The notes below the pieces were generated by a model that saw only the letters and a list, made by a program, of their open reading frames with translations, was not told the origin of the DNA and did no database searches. A program made the translations under genes and the position numbers. From NCBI GenBank assembly GCA_965243025.1, contig CBDETY010000003.1, positions 3,968,001-4,032,000 on the forward strand: DNA of 64,000 bases. Reading direction: 5' to 3'. Shown in pieces: positions 1 through 9,706 of the stretch. The stretch comes from Candidatus Latescibacterota bacterium (GTDB lineage: Bacteria; Latescibacterota; UBA2968; UBA8231). Numbering within the stretch: position 1 is the stretch's first letter; every line of letters begins with the position of its first letter.

Positions 1-1890
1 ACAGTCCTGGATGTAAACAATGTCTGCAAGCGCTTCGATATCGAGCTGTTGCTCGATGGAGTGAGCTTCAAGCTGAGCCGGGGTGAGAAGGTCGGCCTGA
101 TCGGGGGGAACGGGTGCGGGAAGACGACGCTGCTGAAGATGATCGCCGGCAGCGAAGATCCTTCATCCGGAGTGATCACCAGACCCGGGGGAAGCCGTGT
201 CGGGTACCTGGCGCAGGAGCCGGGGTACGACGAGGGGCGAACGGTGGACGAGGAGCTTCTCGAAGCCTTTTCCGAGATCTCGGGGATATCGCGGCAGCTG
301 AAATCCCTGGAACAGCGCCTGGAATCCGCACCGGCCGACGAAGAAGAAGGGGTGCTGGCGGAGTACAGCCGCGTCTCTGCCCGGTTGGAGCAGCTTGGCG
401 GCTACAGTTTCGAGCACAAGGTCGACGCCGTTCTCGAGGGATTGCAGATGACTTCGATGCGGCAGCGGTCGTTGAATTCGCTCAGCGGCGGTGAGAAGAA
501 CGCCGTCGCCCTGGCGAGAATCCTGCTGGAGGAGCCGGACATCCTGCTTCTCGACGAACCGGGGAATCACCTCGACTTCGAGGGGCTGGAGTGGCTGGAA
601 GGGTTTCTCCGGACGTACGAAAAAACCGTGCTCCTCGTCTCCCACAACAGATACCTCCTCGACCGCGTCGTCGACCGCATCCTCGAAATCGAGAACGGGA
701 GGGTTGCCCGGTACAAGGGGAACTACTCCGCCTACCGCGTGGAAAAGCTCAGGGAATCGCTCAAGCAGAAGGCGGCTTTCGACGACCAGCAGAAGGAAAT
801 CCGCCGGCTCGAGGCGATGATCAGGAGGTTCGCCCTGTGGGCGAAGATGACGGAGGACGTGCGGCACGCCAGGCAGGCGCGGAGCCGGCAGAAGATGCTC
901 GACCGCATGGAGAGGATCGAGCGGCCGAACCTCGGGGAGGGAAGAATTCAACCCCGCCTCGGGGCAGCGGAGCGGGCGGGGAAAATCGCCCTCGAGCTGC
1001 GGGGGTATTCGAAGGCATTTGGCGAAAAGGTGCTGTTCGATTCGGTCGACCTGCACCTGTCATCGGGCGAACGGGTCGGGCTGCTCGGCCCGAACGGCTC
1101 GGGGAAAACGACGATTTTCCGCGACATCGTCGAATGCGGATCCTGGGAAAATCCCGTCGTACGGATCGGACCGCGGATCGAGGTCGGGTACTATTCGCAG
1201 GAGCACGAAACCCTGAACCCCGCCAACAGCCTGGTCGAGGAGATCAGGGAGGCGGCGCCGATGACGGAGGACCAGGCATTTCACATCCTGCTGAAATACC
1301 TGTTCCGCCGCGAGGATATCCATCGCGCTGTCTCGACCCTGAGCGGCGGCGAAAAGAGCCGCATCCAGCTGGCCAAGCTCAAGGTGTCGGACGTCAACCT
1401 CCTGCTGCTCGACGAGCCGACCAATCACCTCGACATCCATTCCCGCGAGCAGGTGGAGGAGGCCCTCGAAGAGTTCGACGGCACCATCCTGGCAATTTCG
1501 CACGACCGCTATTTCCTCGACCGCATCGTCGACCGCATCGTGGAAGTGCGGAATCCGACGCTGGTGGAATACGCGGGAAGCTTCTCGGAGTTCTGGGCGA
1601 AAAGGAGAAGGGACCGGGTGGCCTTGCCTGAGAAGGTCCGCAGGGGAAAGGTTGCCGGGGCGGGGAAGAAGGCGGCGCCCCGGACGGAGACCCGGAAATC
1701 AAGCGCCGCGGCAACCGGAATCGAGCAGAAGATCGACGGCCTCGAGGGGGACAAGCTCAAGCTGGAAGAGGAGATCGTCCAGGCGTACCAGAACCGCAGG
1801 TACGACAGGGGCGAAAAACTGAGCCGGGAGCTGCAGCGACTGGAAAAGGAGATCGAGCGGCTCTACGCCGAGTGGGAAACCGCTACCTGA
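1..1890 (+). CDS. ABC-F family ATP-binding cassette protein (Uup/YheS-like), 5' end at window edge
   Basis: Frame open from base 1 (TVLDVNNVCKRF...), so the true start lies just upstream. Two ABC cassettes: GGNGCGKT/LSGGE/DEPGNHLD and GPNGSGKT/LSGGE/DEPTNHLD. No TM segments; C-terminal coiled coil. Confidence 0.92.
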   Translation, partial: TVLDVNNVCKRFDIELLLDGVSFKLSRGEKVGLIGGNGCGKTTLLKMIAGSEDPSSGVITRPGGSRVGYLAQEPGYDEGRTVDEELLEAFSEISGISRQLKSLEQRLESAPADEEEGVLAEYSRVSARLEQLGGYSFEHKVDAVLEGLQMTSMRQRSLNSLSGGEKNAVALARILLEEPDILLLDEPGNHLDFEGLEWLEGFLRTYEKTVLLVSHNRYLLDRVVDRILEIENGRVARYKGNYSAYRVEKLRESLKQKAAFDDQQKEIRRLEAMIRRFALWAKMTEDVRHARQARSRQKMLDRMERIERPNLGEGRIQPRLGAAERAGKIALELRGYSKAFGEKVLFDSVDLHLSSGERVGLLGPNGSGKTTIFRDIVECGSWENPVVRIGPRIEVGYYSQEHETLNPANSLVEEIREAAPMTEDQAFHILLKYLFRREDIHRAVSTLSGGEKSRIQLAKLKVSDVNLLLLDEPTNHLDIHSREQVEEALEEFDGTILAISHDRYFLDRIVDRIVEVRNPTLVEYAGSFSEFWAKRRRDRVALPEKVRRGKVAGAGKKAAPRTETRKSSAAATGIEQKIDGLEGDKLKLEEEIVQAYQNRRYDRGEKLSRELQRLEKEIERLYAEWETAT

Positions 1891-1934
1891 CCCGGCCTCT
1901 TCGGTAGGCGCCGGGGATCGAGCCGGGAAAGCGG

Positions 1935-3332
1935 CTACCCGCCGAACAGAGGACCCTCGCCCCTCTCCCGCCGCTGCATCCGCCGCACCCGGCTCTGCAG
2001 CATCCCGGCGGGACCGTAGTCGGGATACCGCAGCAGCAGCTCCTCGAGCGCGGCGGCCGCCTCGTCGTACTCCCGCAGCTGGTAGCGGGCGGTGGCGAGC
2101 CAGTAGTAGACCCGCGGCGGCACGTTGGGATCGCGGCGGATCGCCTCGGCCAACGGGGGGACCGCTGCGGCCGGGTTCTCCCTGTACATCAGGTACTTCC
2201 CCGTGTCGTAGTACTGGACCGCCTGCAGCTTCTCCATGGTGCCGGCGTTCACCCGGAGGCCGGCGGCGAGCAGAAGCCCCAGGCAGACACGCGCAACCCA
2301 TTTTCCGGACGCCCGTTCCAGGCGAGCGGCGGCATACAGGATTCCCATTGCCATCAGGACCGCGCTGCCTGCCGCGGGAAAGTAGAAGTACCGGGAGAAA
2401 ACCTGCCCCCTGTCCCACAAGCAGAACGGCAGCGCCGCGCACAGGACCCACAGGGCCCAGAAGCGGGTCGACCGTCCCCGGATCAACAGCAGCAGCACCA
2501 GGGCCCCCAGGGAGCCGGCGGCGAGGGCGGCTTCGACCGGCGGATCAGGCTCGACGAAACCGCCGGTGTACCCCCCCGCGAACAGCCCGAAGAGATAAAA
2601 GGCGAAGTTGGTGGCGACGTGGAGGCCGAAGGAGTAGGTCGCGTCGCCGGTGAAGGCGCTTCCGTAGACCAGGCGCTCCGCCCCGAGCAGGGCGCCTCCC
2701 GGCAGCAGGAAGGCGAGCAGCAGCCGCAGCTGTTGCCGCCGGGGCCGGCGCTCCGCGGCGGCCAGCAGCGCCGGGAAGAGGGCGGCGATCCCCATCGCCT
2801 GGTGGCAGAGCACCGCGGCGGCGTAACTGCACACCCCCCCGGCGAGCCAGGCTTTACCGCCCCGTTCCAGGTACCGGCACACGAGAAGCAGGCTCCCCAG
2901 CACGAACCCCAGCCCGAACACAAGAGATACCGCCGAAATCCAGTAGACCGCCCGGAAATGGCTGGTGTTGGCCAGGAACAGCAGGGCGGACAGGAACGCC
3001 AGCGGCGCCGGGGAACCGCGCCGGTGCACGAGGCAGAGCAGCAGCAGGGCGTTGACGAGGTGGCCGGCGGCGTTGACGAGGTGGTAGGGCCCCGGGGAGG
3101 GGCCGAAGAAGGGGTGGGCGAGCCAGGCGTAGACGCGGACGCCGATCCGGCTCGCCCAGGGCTTTTCCATCTCCGGAGAAACCAGGTGGCCCAGGTCCGC
3201 CCGGGCCTTGCGGGCGTTGTCGAGGTAGTCCTCGTCGTCGAAGGCGAAGCCGTGGTGGCGGACGTCGCCGAACAGGAGCCAGGCGACCGCGGCCAGAGCG
3301 GCGAACGAGGCGGCCAGATGAAGGGGTTTCAT
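1935..3332 (-). CDS. Polytopic membrane protein, TMTC/GT-C glycosyltransferase-like, with C-terminal TPR
   Basis: N-terminal TM followed by FAFDD acidic motif; 'YHLVNAAGHLVNALLL' helix; about 10 TM segments; RYFYFP; C-terminal TPR-like helices (YYWLATARYQLREYDEAAAALEELL). Confidence 0.65.
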   Translation of the reverse strand: MKPLHLAASFAALAAVAWLLFGDVRHHGFAFDDEDYLDNARKARADLGHLVSPEMEKPWASRIGVRVYAWLAHPFFGPSPGPYHLVNAAGHLVNALLLLCLVHRRGSPAPLAFLSALLFLANTSHFRAVYWISAVSLVFGLGFVLGSLLLVCRYLERGGKAWLAGGVCSYAAAVLCHQAMGIAALFPALLAAAERRPRRQQLRLLLAFLLPGGALLGAERLVYGSAFTGDATYSFGLHVATNFAFYLFGLFAGGYTGGFVEPDPPVEAALAAGSLGALVLLLLIRGRSTRFWALWVLCAALPFCLWDRGQVFSRYFYFPAAGSAVLMAMGILYAAARLERASGKWVARVCLGLLLAAGLRVNAGTMEKLQAVQYYDTGKYLMYRENPAAAVPPLAEAIRRDPNVPPRVYYWLATARYQLREYDEAAAALEELLLRYPDYGPAGMLQSRVRRMQRRERGEGPLFGG

Positions 3333-3350
3333 CTCAGGCCGGTCCCCGCG

Positions 3351-4544
3351 CTAATCGTAGGTCTGGGTCTTGCCCCCGGTCAGCTCGCGGTCGTGGCTGG
3401 GGCGTAGCAGCTCCGACAGCACGGGGGGCAGCTCCCCGCGGCTGGCCTTGACCGCCCACACCGGGGGCACCTCCCAGGGAGGCTGGGCGCGGCCGTCGGC
3501 CCACGGCTTGCGGTAGCAGAAAAGGGAGCAGAGGCGGCTCTGTTTGCCGGCGGCCTTGGGGGCGACCCCGTGGGCGGCGTGCGAAAGGCAGCAGACCACG
3601 GAGCCGGCAGGCACCGCCAGATGCTCCATCTCGAGGGGCCTCCCGGTGACCGGATGGGTGCGGCCCTCGAGCCAGCCGCCCGCCATATCCTCGTCCGTGG
3701 CCGCGTTGCACCCGGCCGGGTCGCGGAACAGGTGGCTGCCGCGGATGATCTTGAGGCCGCCGTCGTTGTCCGCTTCGAAGCCGTTGAGATAGCAGAGGGT
3801 GAGCAGGAAGTTCGCCTGGCGGTCGTACTCGTCGGGCAGGACGGTGCCGCTGTCGCAGCCGGCGCCGATCTTGTGGCTGTGCCAATGGCCGCCGGGGTAC
3901 CCGCCCGGCCGCGACAGCAGCTGGTTGTGGTCGAAGTAGATGGCGTCGCTGCCGAGACAGAGGCGCTGCAGGGCGAGCATGTCCGGGTGCGTGAGCACGT
4001 CGGCGAGGAACGGCAGATGCCCGGAGGGGAAGTACTCGGAGAAGACGGAGTGCAGCCTCAGGGTGCGGACCCCGGCCGTGTCGGTCCCCTGCGGCACCTG
4101 CTGGCTGCCGCCGAGAGCCTTCGCCAGGTCTCCGCCAGCGACCTCCTCCTCCGGAGGCCGGCGGCCGAGTCCGCGCCAGTCGATGGCGGACCAGTCGGCC
4201 CGGAGCAGGGTGTCGTTGAGCTGCTGTCCCCGTTCCAGGGCGGCCTGCCATTTCTCGCGGGCCCGCGGCCTGATGACGCCCTCGAAGACGGCGTACCCGT
4301 CCCGAAGGAATTCCCCGCGGTCGAACTGCTCCTCGATCGCCGCGAGGTCGAGCAGGTCGTCCCGCGCCGCCTCCATGTCGCTCCAGTCTCCCGCCGACCA
4401 CTCGACCGGAGAACGGCGGTTGCCGAGGAAGTCGGGGCGGGTCGCCCTGGCCAGCCCGGCGGAGGGACCGTCGAGGACGCGCTGCGCGTCCGGGTCCGTC
4501 ACCCCGGAAAGGAGGGGGTTTCTCGGCATCGTGTCGGTGGACAT
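3351..4544 (-). CDS. PhyH family (phytanoyl-CoA dioxygenase-like) Fe(II)/2OG oxygenase, H-S-H variant
   Basis: FLRDGYAVFEGV N-motif; GGLKIIRGSH; distal His in AAHGV; WHSH in place of HxD. Confidence 0.8.
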   Translation of the reverse strand: MSTDTMPRNPLLSGVTDPDAQRVLDGPSAGLARATRPDFLGNRRSPVEWSAGDWSDMEAARDDLLDLAAIEEQFDRGEFLRDGYAVFEGVIRPRAREKWQAALERGQQLNDTLLRADWSAIDWRGLGRRPPEEEVAGGDLAKALGGSQQVPQGTDTAGVRTLRLHSVFSEYFPSGHLPFLADVLTHPDMLALQRLCLGSDAIYFDHNQLLSRPGGYPGGHWHSHKIGAGCDSGTVLPDEYDRQANFLLTLCYLNGFEADNDGGLKIIRGSHLFRDPAGCNAATDEDMAGGWLEGRTHPVTGRPLEMEHLAVPAGSVVCCLSHAAHGVAPKAAGKQSRLCSLFCYRKPWADGRAQPPWEVPPVWAVKASRGELPPVLSELLRPSHDRELTGGKTQTYD

Positions 4545-4710
4545 GGTGGTTACCTGTTCCGGGATATCTGGATTTTTCCTGTTCGACTGCCAGTCGCGAG
4601 CCCGTCGGGAATTGCCCGCCCGCGGCCGTCACCCAGGTCGAGAATTGCGGTTTTCCGTTTCAGCGCTGCCACGGGCTTTCCGCCTGCGACCGTCTGCCGG
4701 CCCATGCCCC

Positions 4711-5559
4711 TCAGCCCAACCCGGGGAAGAAGAAGCTTTCCGCGGTACCCCAGAGAATCGCCTCCTTCTCGGCCTTGCTGAGAAAGTCCGCGTGATCGCG
4801 AATCAGGGCGACCGCCGCCGGGTAATCGGTCACCGGATCCTGCATGGTGATCGGCCCCCCGCTGTCGCTCTCCCACATGCAGCGGTCCGCCCCGTAGGCC
4901 TCGACGACGCGCTGAATCAGCGGCAGCACGTCGAAGTAGGGGGCGGCCCGCGAGCACAGCGCCTGCAGCGGCCCGATCTTGACCATGACCTGCCTGTGCC
5001 TGGCGAAGCGGAGCAGGGCCTCGAGGTCCTCCTCGCTGTAGTCCGCCTCCCTGATGCCGACGTGGCAGACGTGGTCGAGGATCACCGGGGTTTCCGGGTA
5101 GCGGGTGCAGAGGCGGTCGAGGGCCGGCAGCCGGTCGACCCCCATGTTGAAGCTGAGGGCGAGCCCGTGGTCGGCGCCGGTGGAGAACAGCTTTTCGAAA
5201 GCCGGGTGCTCGAACTCCGAGGGGGGCTCGCGAAAGGCACGGCATCCCTTCTTCGACAGCTCGATCATGGTCCTGTCCGGCGCGGGGTCGTCGAGGTCGA
5301 CGACGCCGGTGCCGGCGAAGGTCTCCGGGTCGGCGGCGATCAGGTCGAGGATGTAGCTGTGGTCGGTCTTGTACCAGATCATCTGGACGAGGTTGATGCG
5401 CACGTCGCCGACGGCGCGGCTGTACCGGAAGTACTCCTCGGGCGTGAAAGTCGGGAGCCAGAGGTCCTCCTCCTTCACCCCGGGGGCCAGCGGATAGCGG
5501 GCGAAGTCGTTGGTCCAGACGTGGATGTGGGCATCGACGATTCGGTGCGGTGATGTCAT
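4711..5559 (-). CDS. Amidohydrolase family 2 protein (sugar lactonase-like)
   Basis: DAHIHVW metal motif; ILDH; YGADRCMWESD. Confidence 0.85.
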   Translation of the reverse strand: MTSPHRIVDAHIHVWTNDFARYPLAPGVKEEDLWLPTFTPEEYFRYSRAVGDVRINLVQMIWYKTDHSYILDLIAADPETFAGTGVVDLDDPAPDRTMIELSKKGCRAFREPPSEFEHPAFEKLFSTGADHGLALSFNMGVDRLPALDRLCTRYPETPVILDHVCHVGIREADYSEEDLEALLRFARHRQVMVKIGPLQALCSRAAPYFDVLPLIQRVVEAYGADRCMWESDSGGPITMQDPVTDYPAAVALIRDHADFLSKAEKEAILWGTAESFFFPGLG

Positions 5560-5584
5560 CGGTTTTCTCCCGGCAGGTGCATGG

Positions 5585-6586
5585 CTATTCGATTTTCAAA
5601 AACTCCCCGCCCCGGCGCGCCGACTCCTCCGCCATGATGGTCGCCTTCGAGACCGCCAGGACATCCTCCGTGGTAATGAAGTTCTCCTCCCCCTTCTCGA
5701 AGGCGGAGACCATGTTCTCGACGAAGTTCCCGTGCGACCTGGCGGAGAAGTCCGGTTCATAGGCCCCCTTACCGTCGGCGACGACGAGCAGCCCGTCGCC
5801 GGCGTAGGCGCGCAGGTGGGCCGAGCCGCGGGTGCCCATGATGATGAAGCGGGTGTCGCCGAAGGACGGGGAGTCCTCCGGGGTGAGCCAGTCGGCGGTA
5901 ATCACGGCGCCGGCTCCCGAGCTGAGCTGGTACGAGGCCTGGACATGGTCCATCTCGATGCGGCGGGGAGGCCGGTGTTTTGCGCTTCTGGTCCCGTAGG
6001 CGTGCACCCCTACGCACTCGGCTCCGGTCAGCCAGCGCACCTGGTCGACCCCGTGGCAGGCGACGTCGCTGAAGGTGCCGACGTAGCGCTGCGGATCGAA
6101 GTAGAAGTCCGGAGCGCCGCCGTAAAGCCGGTGCGGGTGCGTCGAGATGAGGCTGACGATCTCGCCGAGCTCCCCTGCCAGCACCGCCTCGCGGAGGGCG
6201 ATGAAGGGGGGGTGGCTCCGCGACGTGTAGTACATGGTCAGGCGGATGCCGCCCGCCTCGACGGCGCGCCGGATGCGGTGCCACTCCTCCAGGGTGCGGC
6301 AGAGGGGCTTGTCGAGGAACACGTGAACCCCTGCCGCGGCGCAGGCTTCTATCGCCGGCACCTTCTCGTGGTGGCCGAGCCCCTCCAGGACGACGTCGGG
6401 TGCCGCTTCGGAGAGCATCTCCTCCAGCGTGCCGAAGCGGGGTATCGGCGACTCCCCCGTGTACTGCTCGTAAAGGGCGTCGTCGGCCTCGACCAGGCCG
6501 ACGATCCCGGCGTTGGCGGCGTCGCGCGCCGAACGCACCATGCCGCCGATGTGTCCGTAATGCACGCCGGCGATTCCCAGCCTCAT
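5585..6586 (-). CDS. Gfo/Idh/MocA family oxidoreductase
   Basis: Start moved to ATG 6586 (MRLGIAGVHYGH; GGGAGA upstream). HVFLDKP motif; DVACHGVD. Confidence 0.85.
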   Translation of the reverse strand: MRLGIAGVHYGHIGGMVRSARDAANAGIVGLVEADDALYEQYTGESPIPRFGTLEEMLSEAAPDVVLEGLGHHEKVPAIEACAAAGVHVFLDKPLCRTLEEWHRIRRAVEAGGIRLTMYYTSRSHPPFIALREAVLAGELGEIVSLISTHPHRLYGGAPDFYFDPQRYVGTFSDVACHGVDQVRWLTGAECVGVHAYGTRSAKHRPPRRIEMDHVQASYQLSSGAGAVITADWLTPEDSPSFGDTRFIIMGTRGSAHLRAYAGDGLLVVADGKGAYEPDFSARSHGNFVENMVSAFEKGEENFITTEDVLAVSKATIMAEESARRGGEFLKIE

Positions 6587-6753
6587 GCTCGCAATCTCCC
6601 GTGTGAAGGGCGCCCCCGCCGGAGGCTGCCGGTTTTCAGATTCGTTTTCCACGCCCCCGACGCTTTCGAGGGGATCCCGCCGCCGGAAGTTGATGGCCCC
6701 TCCGGGCTCACCAATCTTTACGGCCGAACCTGACCTTGGCAAGGAAAGAACAA

Positions 6754-7638
6754 ATGGACGATCTGACCAAACGACTGCTTGGACGCACCGGCCTCGAGGT
6801 CACCCAGCTCGGCTTCGGAGCGGGCGAACGCGGCCTGCCGGACTCGGCCGACTACGACGACCAGGCCGGCGCCGTGCTGAACGCCGCCCTCGACGCCGGC
6901 ATCAACCTCGTCGACACCGCCCCGGACTACGGGGCCAGCGAGGAGCGGATCGGCAGGTACGCAGGCCACCGCCGCGACGAGTTCTTCCTCGCCACCAAGT
7001 GCGGGTGCAACATCGACCTCGACGGAAACCGCCTGCAGCCGGGGCACCTGTGGACCGCCGACCGCCTGCGCGCCAACATCGACCAGAGCCTGCGCCGGCT
7101 GAGGACCGACCGCGTCGATCTGCTGCAGATGCACAACCCCACCGTGGAAGAGGTCGAGAAAGGGGGGCTTGCCGAGGCCCTCGAGGAGATCCGCCGGGCC
7201 GGGAAGACCCGCTTCATCGGGGTCTCTTCCACGGCGCCGGATCTACAGGAATTCGCAGCGACGGGGGTCTTCGACACGTTCCAGATTCCGTATTCCGCTG
7301 TCGAGCGCCGGCACGAGCGGATGATTCAGGACGCCGCCGATGCCGGGGCCGGCATTCTCATCCGCGGCGGCATCGGCCTGGGACACCGGGCCCACGCGGA
7401 CCGCGATGCGACATGGGAGAAGGCCGGCCTCGAGGAGCTCGCCGAAGGGATGGGCCGGCACGCGTTCGTCCTGCGGTTCACCCTGGCGCACCCGGCCTGT
7501 CACACGACCATCGTCGGCACCACCAGCCTCGACCACATGAAGGCCAACGTCGCCGCGGCCCTGGAAGGTCCGCTGCCCGCCGACGTCTGCTCCGAGGCCA
7601 AGGCCAGGCTGACGGGCATCGGGGAAGTCCCGGAGTAG
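6754..7638 (+). CDS. Aldo/keto reductase
   Basis: LGRTGLEVTQLGFG, DTAPDYG, LATKCG, SLRRLRTDRVDLLQMH. ATG 6754 follows AAGGAAAG. Confidence 0.92.
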   Translation: MDDLTKRLLGRTGLEVTQLGFGAGERGLPDSADYDDQAGAVLNAALDAGINLVDTAPDYGASEERIGRYAGHRRDEFFLATKCGCNIDLDGNRLQPGHLWTADRLRANIDQSLRRLRTDRVDLLQMHNPTVEEVEKGGLAEALEEIRRAGKTRFIGVSSTAPDLQEFAATGVFDTFQIPYSAVERRHERMIQDAADAGAGILIRGGIGLGHRAHADRDATWEKAGLEELAEGMGRHAFVLRFTLAHPACHTTIVGTTSLDHMKANVAAALEGPLPADVCSEAKARLTGIGEVPE

Positions 7639-7658
7639 CCGGGCGGCCACCCGCCCGG
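7639..7658. terminator. GC-rich hairpin after AKR stop, between convergent genes
   Basis: CCGGGCGG-ccac-CCGCCCGG perfect 8-bp stem; no U-tract. Confidence 0.35.
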
Positions 7659-7785
7659 GGAACCGGGCGAAGGGACAGCGGGAAGGGCCGCGCTGTGGGC
7701 GGGTTGTTGACCGGGGCAAGGGACTGCAAGTGTGGCGAGGGGGCTGGATGTGCCGGCCCCTGTGGAAAGGTGTACGGGGATTATC

Positions 7786-8706
7786 CTACTCTTCATTCAG
7801 CGAGGCCTTGATCCGTCCCCAGGTACTTCCCTGGACCGCGGTTACGTCCGGCTCGACGGGCAGCAGGATCCCGTCGAGAAGGCCACCCGAAAGTACTTCC
7901 TCCACCCCCACTCCCACCGGCCTCAAGGACCTTATCTCGTGATGCCTTTGGGGCGGGTCGTAGTCCCAAACCACGATTTCAAAGCCGATGATTTTCCCCG
8001 CTACCAGCTCGCTGACCACGTTGTCCGCGGAGACATCAAACCCATTCCCCCACCAATCGAACGGCGTTACGTAGAACTCGATGACGCTGATGACCGGCGC
8101 TTCTCCTGCAACGCTTCCGCCCGCTTCCCCGTAGGGAGGCAGTACCGTCCAGGCGAACTCACCCGTGAAGTATCTGGTGTCAGAATCATCCAGGGTCGGA
8201 CCTTCCGGGGTGCGGGCAATCGCATCGTAACCCTGAATCTGCCCGCGAGCCTCTGCATAATCTTCCTCCTCTATGCAGGAACGACATCTCTCACCCCCGC
8301 TGTGGTCTCCGTCGATGGACAGCTGGATGCTGTCATTGTTGCTCATGGAAGATTCTAAAAACACACTATAGTCGTGGGTGTTCTTGTACACGTCGTCGGC
8401 GGCGACGAAGGCCACGTAGAAACGGGCCGGCTCGTCGTGCCAGGCCAGCCAGATCCGGAAGTCAAGGGTGGCCGGATCGGGCGGGATTTCCTCACCGATT
8501 TTCCGGAAATCCAGGGAGGTCATGGCCGGGTCCCCATGCAGCTCGTACCACTCGTCTATGCGGCCGTCCAACTGGACCTCGGCCAGCATATCGTCGCTGA
8601 GCCAGGAAACCGGAAACAGACGGTCTCCCACGTGGGCGCCGGCAGACCCCGGCAGCCACAGCAGCATGCCCAATGCGAGGACCCATTGCTTCCTGATCCG
8701 GTTCAT
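7786..8706 (-). CDS. Secreted CBM9/DOMON-like protein with C-terminal TWGRIK tail (paralog B)
   Basis: Start moved to ATG 8706 (MNRIRKQW...). Signal peptide ending AGA-H; LDGRIDEW, IWLAWHD, DD, NDSIQLSIDGD; ends TAVQGSTWGRIKASLNEE. Confidence 0.7.
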   Translation of the reverse strand: MNRIRKQWVLALGMLLWLPGSAGAHVGDRLFPVSWLSDDMLAEVQLDGRIDEWYELHGDPAMTSLDFRKIGEEIPPDPATLDFRIWLAWHDEPARFYVAFVAADDVYKNTHDYSVFLESSMSNNDSIQLSIDGDHSGGERCRSCIEEEDYAEARGQIQGYDAIARTPEGPTLDDSDTRYFTGEFAWTVLPPYGEAGGSVAGEAPVISVIEFYVTPFDWWGNGFDVSADNVVSELVAGKIIGFEIVVWDYDPPQRHHEIRSLRPVGVGVEEVLSGGLLDGILLPVEPDVTAVQGSTWGRIKASLNEE

Positions 8707-8762
8707 CCCGGTCTTTCCCCTTCCCCGGGGGATTTCGCCCGAACCATGCGGAAGAGTACTGC

Positions 8763-9686
8763 CTACTCCACCTTCAACGAGGCCTTGATCCGTCCCCAGG
8801 TACTGCCCTCGACAGCGGTGACCTCCGGCTCGACGGGCAGCAGGATCCCGTCGAGAAGGCCATCCCCCCGCACAAACAGAAGGTCTAACCAATCCACTCC
8901 TTCCGGCACCCAATACTCCACCTCGTAATACTCTTGAGGCGGATCATGGTCATACACGACCATCGCAAAACCGATGACCTGTCCCGGGGTCAAGTCGCTG
9001 ATCACGTTATTTGCGGCGCTGTCCCATCCATTCTCCCACGAGTCGAACGGCGCAACGAACAGCTCGATGACGCTGACGACCGGCGCCTCTCCGACTACGC
9101 CTCCGCCCCCTTCACCATGGGGAGGCAGTCCCTGCCAGTTGACCATCCCGGCCAGGGTCGGTCCGCTGGCAGTTCGGGCAATCGCCCGGTAATACTGAGT
9201 TTGCCCGTGGGCTTCCGCATAGTCCGCCCACCCGTCCTCCGTCGAACAGTTCGAGAAACGACAGCCCACACCCCCGCTGTGATCTCCGTCGATGGCCAGC
9301 TCAATCCTGTCATTGTCTTCAAAAAATTGCAGCGAATCCACACTAGGGTCGTGGGTGTTTTTGTACACGTCGTCCGCCGCAAGGAAGGCCACGTAGAAAC
9401 GGGCGGGGTCGTCGTGCCAGGCCAGCCAGATCCGCAGTTCCAGCGACGCCCGATCCGGGGTCCCTCCCTCGACACTTTCCCGGAAATCCAGCGAGGTCAT
9501 GGCCGGCTCGCCGAGCAGCTCGTACCACTCCTGTATGCTGCCGTCCTGAAGCTGGACTTCGGCCAGCATCTCATCGCTGAGAAAGGGAATCGGGTACAGG
9601 CGTTCTCCCACGTGGCCGGCGGCCGACGCCGGCAGCCACAGCAGCAGGCCAAATGCCGCGTGCCAACAGTTTCCGATCCGGTTCAT
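8763..9686 (-). CDS. Secreted CBM9/DOMON-like protein with C-terminal TWGRIK tail (paralog A)
   Basis: Signal peptide; same motifs as 7786..8706; ends TAVEGSTWGRIKASLKVE. AAGGAG RBS upstream. Confidence 0.7.
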   Translation of the reverse strand: MNRIGNCWHAAFGLLLWLPASAAGHVGERLYPIPFLSDEMLAEVQLQDGSIQEWYELLGEPAMTSLDFRESVEGGTPDRASLELRIWLAWHDDPARFYVAFLAADDVYKNTHDPSVDSLQFFEDNDRIELAIDGDHSGGVGCRFSNCSTEDGWADYAEAHGQTQYYRAIARTASGPTLAGMVNWQGLPPHGEGGGGVVGEAPVVSVIELFVAPFDSWENGWDSAANNVISDLTPGQVIGFAMVVYDHDPPQEYYEVEYWVPEGVDWLDLLFVRGDGLLDGILLPVEPEVTAVEGSTWGRIKASLKVE

Positions 9687-9706
9687 CGGTCTGTCTCCTT
9701 TCCCCC

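Noticed and set aside
7786-8860. Near-identical 3' ends of the TWGRIK paralogs as a diversity-generating retroelement TR/VR pair
   Set aside because: Differences are mostly third-position and not adenine-specific, both copies are coding, and there is no reverse transcriptase in the window.
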